Below the pieces are notes generated by a model. It saw nothing but the letters and a program-made list of their open reading frames with translations. It made no database searches and was not told the DNA's origin. A DNA stretch of 64,000 nt from Octopus sinensis. Taxonomy: Eukaryota. Below, in pieces: positions 29,015-38,985 of the stretch. Made by a program: the position numbers and the translations under genes. The stretch spans positions 18,104,001 to 18,168,000 of the forward strand of contig NC_043014.1 in the NCBI RefSeq assembly GCF_006345805.1, given 5' to 3'. Each line of letters opens with the position of its first letter. Position 1 is the first letter of the stretch.

Positions 29015-29970
29015 TATATACATGCGTATACGTACATACATGTATACGTATATATATATATATGCATATGTGGACACAGGACGTCACAAAACATAAACAG
29101 CAAAAAATACGAATTACGATAACATGGAATATGGGAAACAAGACAAGCAACACAAGGAAAGACCCTTCATCAGTTGTCGGCTGTTTTTCTAATCCGTATT
29201 TCGAGCAATTCACGACAAGATACGCCTTCGGTAAAACAGTTGCTCCCGCAAAGCAAATTAAATAAACTTTGCGATCTTGTGGTGGGTCAAGATTGGTGAC
29301 AGAAACAGGACAGTGAAAACAAACAGGAAGGGTGATAAGCCTAAACGAGGTTGTGGTGGCGAACGCGAAGAAACAAGTCTGGACAGGAGACAGAGAACAA
29401 TATGCATATGCTAGTAACACCTACAAGAAGATGATTTTTTCACTCATGAAATTGAATGGGGCTTTGGCCAAGAGGAACTAACGTCATCAGACGGGATCCA
29501 ACGTTCATCGGGTGTTTCGACCCTAAACCGTAACACTCTCTCGTTGGTGGATTAGCAAGATTAACCAAACCCTCATCTCCTCCTAGCTTCCAGATTAATT
29601 CCTCTCTGTTGCTCCAAAGTCAGCAAGAGGCTTTTCGGCCGCCTCTCCCATCCTGCGCACAGCTACACATCGCTCATTTCCTCCCGTACCTATGGTTGAA
29701 AGCTTCTTCCATGCCTACTGGGCAGGAAACCCTCAACAGCCAACATCGCCAGTGAAAAGTCATAACTGCCATCATTTCTCCCTACGGACTGTTTTATATT
29801 TGGCACGTTTCAATTCGTGGACCTCATCATACCCTTCTTCCCACAGTTGCTGTGAACTCAATCAAGATCGTTTTTCTAGTATTTTTAGACCGCAGAGCTA
29901 TATCTAACTTCAAGGATGTACGGACGACCGCGGGAGACTGCAGCCTCTCTCCAAGCTTCACATTTATATC

Positions 29971-30118
29971 CCATGATTGGAATCGATGCAGCAAACTATC
30001 ATTTTTTTAATTCTTTACTGGCGCTACAGCCTCGTTCACGAAGTTAATTGTTCCTGTTGTTTTCTTCTGATATATACATACATACATACATACATACATA
30101 CATACTTACATACATACT

Positions 30119-30217
<99 letters not shown>

Positions 30218-30263
30218 CATATATATAATAATATATATATATATATACACACATATATATTAC

Positions 30264-30296
<33 letters not shown>

Positions 30297-30567
30297 ATTA
30301 ATTTTACCAAGTAGTGTTCAGTATGTAAGAGGACCATTTAAGGTGTATTTAAAACATTACGTTATATAATTAGGGTTCAGTAAAATAATTTACTTGACCA
30401 CACACTGAACTTTTAGGAATAGCAGCAAAAAAATCTTAGCTATTACTTAACCTTTTATTATTGATTCCATGATTGCAATCGATGCAGCAAACTATCATAT
30501 TTTTCATTCTTTACTGGCGCTACAGCCTCGTTCACGAACTTAATTGTTCCTGTTGTTTTCTTCTGAT
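29971..30567 (+). repeat. Tandem duplication of an [A-microsatellite-B] unit (A at 29971-30070 and 30467-30567; B at 30297-30465 and 33954-34123)
   Basis: Near-identical sequences read directly; period ~496 bp. Confidence 0.85.
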
Positions 30568-30661
30568 ACATACATACATACATACATACATACATACATA
30601 CATACATACATACATACATACATGCAACATACATACACTTACATACATACATACATACATA

Positions 30662-30759
<98 letters not shown>

Positions 30760-30986
30760 ATTAATCAATATAGGGTGGCAAGGAAAATTTTGTAGAATTT
30801 TATTGCCACCAGCGGCCCAGTGGGAAAAAATTAAATAGTCATAGACCATTTTTAAGTTCAACATTAACAATTAAGGAACGGCCATAATAGGCCATTCACC
30901 CACTAGAAATAACAGCCAAAGCTTCTACCGCAAATAAAGATTAACTCCGTAAACAGGAGAAAATTAAAAAAAACATTTACCCTGTA

Positions 30987-31092
30987 ATTTCTTGTACGGT
31001 ATACCGTTTCATCCGCTGTTTAATGGTAAACTAACCTGATTAAATTAATCAAGCCAATCTTCCATAAGCCCTCGGATTCTTCAGCAAGAAAT
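30987..31092 (-). ncRNA. Type I hammerhead ribozyme, unit 1
   Basis: Minus strand: AUUUCUUG-CUGAAGA-AUCCG...CGGAU-GAAA-CGGUAUACCG-UA^-CAAGAAAU; 8-bp stem I, 5-bp stem II base, palindromic stem III; cleavage predicted between 30995 and 30994. Confidence 0.88.
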
Positions 31093-31473
31093 AGCTCAAG
31101 TCGGAACAGATATTTACACGAGGCATACCCAATCTTGCCAAGGCAATATCTGACCTAAAATTTTCAAATCGTCGCACTCGCGCCAAATTTATCGGCAGCA
31201 AATAATATCAGCCGTCGATTCCATTACGGAATTAACCAAAAAATTCATAATTAATCAATATAGGGTGGCAAGGAAAATTTTAGAATTTTATTGCCACCAG
31301 CGGCCCAGTGGGAAAAAATTAAATAGTCATAGACCATTTTTAAGTTCAACATTAACAATTAAGGAACGGCCATAATAGGCCATTCCCCCACTAGAAATAA
31401 CAGCCAAAGCTTCTACCGCCAATAAAGATAACTCCGTAAACAGGAGAAAATTAAAAAAAACATTTACCCTGTA

Positions 31474-31580
31474 GTTTCTTGTACGGTATACCGTTTCATC
31501 CGCTGTTTAATGGTAAACTAACCTGATTAAATTAAATCAAGCCAATCTTCCATAAGCCCTCGGATTCTTCAGCAAGAAAT
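31474..31580 (-). ncRNA. Type I hammerhead ribozyme, unit 2
   Basis: Same core; terminal stem I mismatch only; predicted cut at 31482/31481. Confidence 0.86.
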
Positions 31581-31966
31581 AGCTCAAGTCGGAACAGAAG
31601 ATATTTACACGAGGCATACCCAATCTTGCCAAGGCAATATCTGACCTAAAATTTTCAAATCGTCGCACTCGCGCCAGATTTATCGGCAGCAAATAAATAT
31701 CAGCCGTCGATTCCATTACGGAATTAACCAAAAAATTCATAATTAATCAATATAGGGTGGCAAGGAAAATTTTGTAGAATTTTATTGCCACCAGCGGCCA
31801 GTGGGAAAAAATTAAATAGTCATAGACCATTTTTAAGTTCAACATTAACAATTAAGGAACGGCCATAATAGGCCATTCACCCACTAGAAATAACAGCCAA
31901 AGCTTCTACCGCAAATAAAGATTAACTCCGTAAACAGGAGAAAATTAAAAAAACATTTACCCTGTA

Positions 31967-32072
31967 ATTTCTTGTACGGTTTACCGTTTCATCCGCTGTT
32001 TAATGGTAAACTAACCTGATTAAATTAATCAAGCCAATCTTCCATAAGCCCTCGGATTCTTCAGCAAGAAAT
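31967..32072 (-). ncRNA. Type I hammerhead ribozyme, unit 3
   Basis: Same core; stem III variant CGGUAAACCG; predicted cut at 31975/31974. Confidence 0.85.
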
Positions 32073-32452
32073 AGCTCAAGTCGGAACAGATATTTACACG
32101 AGGCATACCAATCTTGCCAAGGCAATATCTGACCTAAAATTTTCAAATCGTCGCACTCGCGCCAATTTATCGGCAGCAAATAAATATCAGCCGTCGATTC
32201 CATTACGGAATTAACCAAAAAATTCATAATTAATCAATATAGGGTGGCAAGGAAAATTTTGTAGAATTTTATTGCCACCAGCGGCCCAGTGGGAAAAAAT
32301 TAAATAGTCGTAGACCATTTTTAAGTTCAACATTAACAATTAAGGAACGGCCATAATAGGCCATTCCCACTAGAAATAACAGCCAAAGCTTCTACCGCAA
32401 ATAAAGATTAACTCCGTAAACAGGAGAAAATTAAAAAAACATTTACCCTGTA

Positions 32453-32559
32453 GTTTCTTGTACGGTATACCGTTTCATCCGCTGTTTAATGGTAAACTAA
32501 CCTGATTAAATTAAATCAGGCCAATCTTCCATAAGCCCTCGGATTCTTCAGCAAGAAAT
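32453..32559 (-). ncRNA. Type I hammerhead ribozyme, unit 4
   Basis: Same core; predicted cut at 32461/32460. Confidence 0.86.
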
Positions 32560-32940
32560 AGCTCAAGTCGGAACAGATATTTACACGAGGCATACCCAAT
32601 CTTGCCAAGGCAATATCTGACCTAAAATTTTCAAATCGTCGCACTCGCGCCAAATTTATCGGCAGCAAATAAATATCAGCCGTCGATTCCATTACGGAAT
32701 TAACCAAAAAATTCATAATTAATCAATATAGGGTGCAAGGAAAATTTTGTAGAATTTTATTGCCACCAGCGGCCCAGTGGGAAAAAATTAAATAGTCATA
32801 GACCATTTTTAAGTTCAACATTAACAATTAAGGAACGGCCATAATAGGCCATTCACCCACTAGAAATAACAGCCAAAGCTTCTACCGCAAATAAAGATTA
32901 ACTCCGTAAACAGGAGAAAATTAAAAAAATTTACCCTGTA

Positions 32941-33047
32941 ATTTCTTGTACGGTATACCGTTTCATCCGCTGTTTAATGGTAAACTAACCTGATTAAATT
33001 AAATCAAGCCAATCTTCCATAAGCCCTCGGATTCTTCAGCAAGAAAT
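32941..33047 (-). ncRNA. Type I hammerhead ribozyme, unit 5
   Basis: Same core with perfect 8-bp stem I; predicted cut at 32949/32948. Confidence 0.88.
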
Positions 33048-33625
33048 AGCTCAAGTCGGAACAGATATTTACACGAGGCATACCCAATCTTGCCAAGGCA
33101 ATATCTGACCTAAAATTTTCAAATCGTCGCACTCGCGCCAAATTTATCGGCAGCAAATAAATATCAGCCGTCGATTCCATTACGGAATTAACCAAAAAAT
33201 TCATAATTAATCAATATAGGGTGGCAAGGAAAATTTTGTAGAATTTTATTGCCACCAGCGGCCCAGTGGGAAAAAATTACGGAGTTAATCTTTATTTGCG
33301 GTAGAAGCTTTGGCTGTTATTTCTAGTGGGTGAATGGCCTATTATGGCCGTTCCTTAATTGTTAATGTTGAACTTAAAAATGGTCTATGACTATTTAATT
33401 TTTTCCCACTGGGCCGCTGGTGGCAATAAAATTCTACAAAATTTTCCTTGCCACCCTATATGATTAATTATGAATTTTTTGGTTAATTCCGTAATGGAAT
33501 CGACGGCTGATATTTATTTGCTGCCGATAATTTGGCGCGAGTGCGACGATTTGAAAATTTTAGGTCAGATATTGCCTTGGCAAGATTGGGTATGCCTCGT
33601 GTAAATATCAGTTCCGACTTGAGCT

Positions 33626-33731
33626 ATTTCTTGCTGAAGAATCCGAGGGCTTATGGAAGATTGGCTTGATTTAATTTAATCAGGTTAGTTTACCATTAAA
33701 CAGCGGATGAAACGGTATACGTACAAGAAAT
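33626..33731 (+). ncRNA. Type I hammerhead ribozyme, inverted unit
   Basis: atttcttg CTGAAGA atccg...cggat GAAA cggtatacg TA caagaaat on plus; 1-nt deletion in stem III (real or sequencing error). Confidence 0.75.
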
Positions 33732-33859
33732 TACAGGGTAAATGTTTTTTTAATTTTCTCCTGTTTACTGAGTTAATCTTTATTTGCGGTAGAAGCTTTG
33801 GCTGTTATTTCTAGTGGGTGAATGGCCTATTATGGCCGTTCCTTAATTGTTAATGTTGA

Positions 33860-33894
<35 letters not shown>

Positions 33895-33918
33895 TATATA
33901 TATATATATACACACACA

Positions 33919-33953
<35 letters not shown>

Positions 33954-34139
33954 AATTAATTTTACCAAGTAGTGTTCAGTATGTAAGAGGACCATTTAAG
34001 GTGTATTTAAAACATTACGTTATATAATTAGGGTTCAGTAAAATAATTTACTTGACCACACACTGAACTTTTAGAAATAGCAGCCAAAAAATCTTAGCTA
34101 TTTCTTACCCTTTTATTATTGATAATATAATTCTCTCTC

Positions 34140-34400
34140 CCTGTTTTTCAACTACAGTTCTCTCTGTAGGAATTTGTTTACTCTATAACTCACGTGGGTG
34201 GAAGCGGGATGAATGCAAAGCCTCATTCGTACCTTTTGAATTCGTTGGTACTGACGGTCGAAGATGGTTTGTCTGGGATTACTCATATCAGACGGGTATG
34301 TTCGATTTTTAGTGCTCTCAAATCCAAATCTAAGAAATCTTTGAGCTGACGAAGGAAATGTTGATCTTTAAATTCAACTAATCTAGAAACGTACGTTCTC
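34140..34400 (-). pseudogene. Possible Penelope-like RT C-terminal remnant
   Basis: Frame-hopping translation gives KDFLDLDL...LHSSRFHP, resembling the Penelope FLDL...LH.SS.HP pattern; heavily degraded. Confidence 0.3.
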
Positions 34401-34701
34401 AAGTAATCTTAATGTACATGTGATCTTTTGTTATTTTTCCCTCCATACCTGCGTGAATTATTTTTGAGTATACATTGTCTGGGAGATTTTTCTTATAGTA
34501 GAAGAAATAGCTAAGATTTCTTGGCTGCTATTTCTAAAAGTTCAGTGTGTGGTAAAGTAAATTATTTTACTGAACCCTAATTAAATAAGGTAATATATAT
34601 ATATATATATAATATATATATATATAATATATATATATATATATGTATGTATGTATGTATGTATATATGTATGTATGTATGTATATATATATATATATAT
34701 G

Positions 34702-34765
<64 letters not shown>

Positions 34766-35858
34766 TATATATATAGATATATCAGTGGCGACTCCGGCAC
34801 TCGGGTTGTTCGGTCTTAGCCCGAGGATAAATTTAGTAGAGTGAACATGTATTTTCAAGCTGATTTAATTTCTGCCAACACTGACATCAAGCATGTAATT
34901 TCAGCCAATAATTCAGGCTCCTTTTACTGGGCTTGGTCGCAGTTCATTTATTTTTGTTCAGAGTCTGGCGGTCGTCTTCGAGGTGCCCTGGGTCAAAAAC
35001 TATCGTTCACACGCACCTGACTCGGTCCAACTTGTTATCTATAATCGTAAAAATTAAAAGTAATTTTAATTCAATGTTTTGTTGAAACAATAAATTTCTA
35101 TAGGGATTAGGATTTAAATTCAAATCTATGAAAAGTCTCCGTTCTTCAATATTCTTAAAGGAATGAAAAATTATCCAGCAACTCGAGCTAATACGAACGA
35201 GCCTGGTAGGTGTAAAAAGCTAACTGGCATCTCTTGTCAAGAGTACAGAGGATAATCAGATCGCTGGTGTTTGTTGTGCACTCCACCGTCGTTACTTGAT
35301 TGCTGTTATTCTGTGCGTTTGTGTTTTGAAGGGTTGCTTTATTTTTACCTTAACATAGTGCTAGACATAAAGGGTCGAAGAAATCTTTGACTATTATAAC
35401 ATACAATAACAATTTATACGTATATTAATTAAATATCAGGGTCTTACTCAACCTAGACATTGTAACAAAACGAGTAAATAAATATAAATGATAATATACC
35501 ATTATACTGGTAATATATAACATCTCTTTTATTTAGAATTACTAATATATAAAAAACAATTGTTTAAAGTAACTAACAAAAAAGTTTTCTTTATTAATTA
35601 GTTTATCAGAGGGAGAATTCCGTAATAAATATGAAGAGAAATCTAATATTTGGATTAATATTATTTGAGATATATAGAAATATATTTCGATAGTTGTAGA
35701 TTCTATTTACTTAATTATTTTGTTCATTATAACTTATTTTTAATTGTAATTATTATGTAGTTGAAAAGTTAACGCTCACGCTCATAATACATAGGCATTT
35801 GAATTACTTTTTTTACAATCCAGCTGTCCTTTCACCCGGAATTTCGTCAGACTTTAAA

Positions 35859-36305
35859 CCAAAGTTCGGATGAGACATGTAAGTGGATTCAATTTTTTAT
35901 AAATCAAATAATCTATATAAGTCGAAACAAATTGTTGACTCTTTTGGTTTCTTAATATTTTTTTACGCTATCTTATATTATATTAAGTTATATTCTTTTC
36001 TATTCTAGGCACAAGGCCCGAAATGTTTGGAGAGCGGGGGCGCAGTCGATTAGATCGACCCCAGTACGCAACTGCTAATCAGTTTATAGACCCCGAAAGG
36101 ATGAAAGGCAAAGTCAACCTCGGCGGGATTATATTATGTTATATTGTAATAAAAATAAATTATTGGATTGTCAATTGAATCTCCCTATTTAATGTATTGT
36201 TTATAATTTGCATTATACATATATTCATGTGGTATTCAACTGACTTACCAGTGAACTGGATGTTTTACACACACTTTTGAAGGAATTCCTTTCCTTAGTT
36301 TGTTG

Positions 36306-36344
<39 letters not shown>

Positions 36345-36480
36345 GTGACTCCAAATGGGGCTAGAGATAAATTTCGTCTGTCTTTAAACCAGAATTCTGA
36401 TGAGACTTATATCAGTGGACTGAATTGTGTATATATCAAATAATGTATATATGTCGAAACAAATTGTTGGCTCTTTTGGT
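35859..36480 (+). repeat. Two diverged ~170-bp direct repeats, each containing a decayed type I hammerhead (35859-35948, 36389-36480)
   Basis: C(G/T)GATGA-gac...gtc-GAAA-caaattg-TT-g(a/g)ctc; the consensus of the two copies restores stems I and II. Confidence 0.55.
36003..36128 (-). mobile_element. Partial SINE family A
   Basis: aggcacaaggcccgaaat...ccccgaaaggatgaaaggcaaagtcaacctcggcgg. Confidence 0.75.
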
Positions 36481-36591
36481 CTTTTAATGATGTTTTTATG
36501 TTATCTTATATTATATTCAAAGTACATTATGTTATACTATACTATAAATTAATTATTGGATTGTCAATTAAATTTCTCTATTTCATTTATT

Positions 36592-36644
<53 letters not shown>

Positions 36645-36717
36645 TATACATATATACATATATATACACATATATATACATATATATACATGTATACATA
36701 TATATACACACACATAT

Positions 36718-36848
<131 letters not shown>

Positions 36849-36933
36849 TTAGAGACAAAACCACTATTTTGCAAAACAAACAAGGAAAGACTTAATCAAT
36901 ACATAACATTTTAATAAATAGTCAAAAAAACCG

Positions 36934-36976
36934 CCACTACAATTGTTTCTTGTCTTGATCGACAATCTTCAGGTAG
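36934..36976 (-). ncRNA. Minimal type I hammerhead ribozyme, mirror copy
   Basis: Same as the 37024-37066 copy, with one U-G wobble in stem I (CUAC/GUGG). Confidence 0.8.
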
Positions 36977-37023
36977 ACTTCCAATAAGTCAGTTTCAAAT
37001 TATGAAACTGACTTATTGGAAGT

Positions 37024-37066
37024 CCACCTGAAGATTGTCGATCAAGACAAGAAACAATTGTAGTGG
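37024..37066 (+). ncRNA. Minimal type I hammerhead ribozyme (Penelope-type)
   Basis: CCAC-CUGAAGA-UUGUC-gaucaa-GACAA-GAAA-CAAUUG-UA^-GUGG; all core nucleotides present and all three stems pair. Confidence 0.85.
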
Positions 37067-37268
37067 CGGTTTTTTTGACTATTTATTAAAATTTTATGTA
37101 TTGATTAAGTCTTTCCTTGTTGTTTTGCAAAATAGTGGTTTTGTCTCTAATAATATTTTATAATATTTTACTATAAAATTGGATTTAATCCTAAATCTGA
37201 TTTTTTTCCCTGTAAATTTGGATTTATTCCCTAATATTTATTATTTTATATATATATATATATATATG

Positions 37269-37791
37269 AATTTAGAGAATACAAAAAATGGAGAAATATC
37301 CATGAAGAACAATCGACTTATATCAATTATTATTTATAACTCAATACAAATAGATTGCATCCCATCTAACAGCTGTTTCTGCTTCCAATGTTGTATGGTA
37401 TTGCGGTTAATATGATCAAATATTTATACTTGGTAATGAAAGCGATCTGAAACATGGAGCTTCATCACAGTGAAGAAGATATATATATATATATATATAT
37501 GTGTGGTGTGTGTGTGTGTGTGTGTAAAACTACATGTGAATTGTTGTCGATTTTTTCCCTTAGTCTCCCTCTTCTCTTGGACTTTCCTCTGTCTCATGTT
37601 CTGAAGAAGAGTTTTGCTCTAAACGCAAAACACCTTCCTTGAACATCTTATTGATACTTTGCATGTACCACGTCTTCGCATTGTTGAATTTTCTTGTGTT
37701 TTTTCTTCGTTTTTTGGGGGATGGGGGATTAACTCTCTCTCTCTCTTTCCATACATATATATATATATATACATACATACATATATATATA

Positions 37792-37853
<62 letters not shown>

Positions 37854-38093
37854 GTATATATATGTATGGAAAGAGAGAGAGAGAGAGTTAATCCCCCATC
37901 CCCCAAAAAACGAAGAAAAAACACAAGAAAAATTCAACAATGCGAAGACGTGGTACATGCAAAGTATCAATAAGATGTTCAAGGAAGGGTGTTTTGCGTT
38001 TAGAGCAAAACTCTTCTTCAGAAACATGAGACAGAGGAAAGTCCAAGAGAAGAGGGAGACTAAGGGAAAAAATCGACAACAATTCACATGTAG

Positions 38094-38161
<68 letters not shown>

Positions 38162-38371
38162 CTTCTTCACTGTGATGAAGCTCCATGTTTCAGATCGCTT
38201 TCATTACCAAGTATAAATATTTGATCATATTAACCGCAATACCATACAACATTGGAAGCAGAAACAGCTGTTAGATGGGATGCAATCTATTTGTATTGAG
38301 TTATAAATAATAATTGATATAAGTCGATTGTTCTTCATGGATATTTCTCCATTTTTTGTATTCTCTAAATT
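37269..38371. repeat. ~1.1-kb palindrome centred on (TA)n
   Basis: The left arm aatttagagaatacaaaaaatggag... is mirrored exactly by ...ctccattttttgtattctctaaatt; differences are small indels. Confidence 0.93.
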
Positions 38372-38537
38372 TTCATCCTTGATAAACACATGTTTATCTC
38401 TGAATTTACCTATAACTTATGAACATGATATGTTTGCATATGTATGCCCATGATTAAATATAGGTAATATACCGGTGGTGTAATTGATACTTCTATCCAT
38501 TAGACGGTTATCTTAACCTCTACCTTAGCTAACCTTT

Positions 38538-38605
<68 letters not shown>

Positions 38606-38696
38606 TGTGTGTGTGTGTGTGTGTGTGTGCGTGGGTGTGTGTGTGTGTGTGTGTGTGTGTTTGTGCTTGTGTGTCTGAAGTAGAGCAGCTCGACAC

Positions 38697-38985
38697 GGAG
38701 CTTAGGCTGGAAGGAGGAAGAGGACTTACGGAATTTCGGTTTTGGGATAATTCCTAGTAGGTCCGCTTCGAAATGTTCAAGATCTTTCATTCTGGGCGGG
38801 TGTTTCCTCGATCTAATGCCGTAGTTGTTTCCCTCCGCGCTTGGTGCAGCTAGATTGTAGTGGAAAGTTTACCATCTCATACGCCTAATCACGTTCATAA
38901 TCGTCTCCAGCAACATTCGGGTGTAAAGTTCTTTGGACGGTGTGGGGATGTTTTTAGTGGAGTATCCGAGGTCGAATCGTTCCAT
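38697..38985 (-). pseudogene. Penelope-like element ORF N-terminal fragment
   Basis: MERFDLGYSTKNIPTPSKELYTRMLLETIMNVIRRMRW*...YGIRSRKHPPRMKDLEHFEADLLGIIPKPKFRKSSSSFQPKLR matches the YSxKNIPxPS...RRMRW...FExDL...KFR...FQ pattern I recall for PLE N-termini. Confidence 0.75.

Larger units (their letters stand above)
30757..33860 (-). mobile_element. Hammerhead-containing ~489-bp tandem array (retrozyme-like / Penelope pLTR-like) with inverted terminal segment
   Basis: Unit starts at 30757, 31247, 31739, 32226, 32715 and 33203 (partial); inverted copy at 33277-33860; one type I hammerhead per unit; (TA)n-rich flanks. Confidence 0.85.

Noticed and set aside
29500-29960. Very degraded R2/CRE-like RT remnant (LLASRLIPL..., VLYL..FNS)
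   Set aside because: The motifs need multiple frameshifts and substitutions; too weak to call without an HMM search.
30757-31246. Second, opposite-polarity ribozyme (viroid-like ambisense circle)
   Set aside because: The only plus-strand CUGA sites (CUGAUUA, CUGACCU) lack the CUGANGA core; a single polarity fits a retrozyme. Other ribozyme classes were not excluded computationally.
30757-33279. Array as a CRISPR array, rDNA/5S or histone repeat
   Set aside because: Units are ~489 bp and identical throughout, with no unique spacers and no recognisable rRNA, snRNA or histone sequence.
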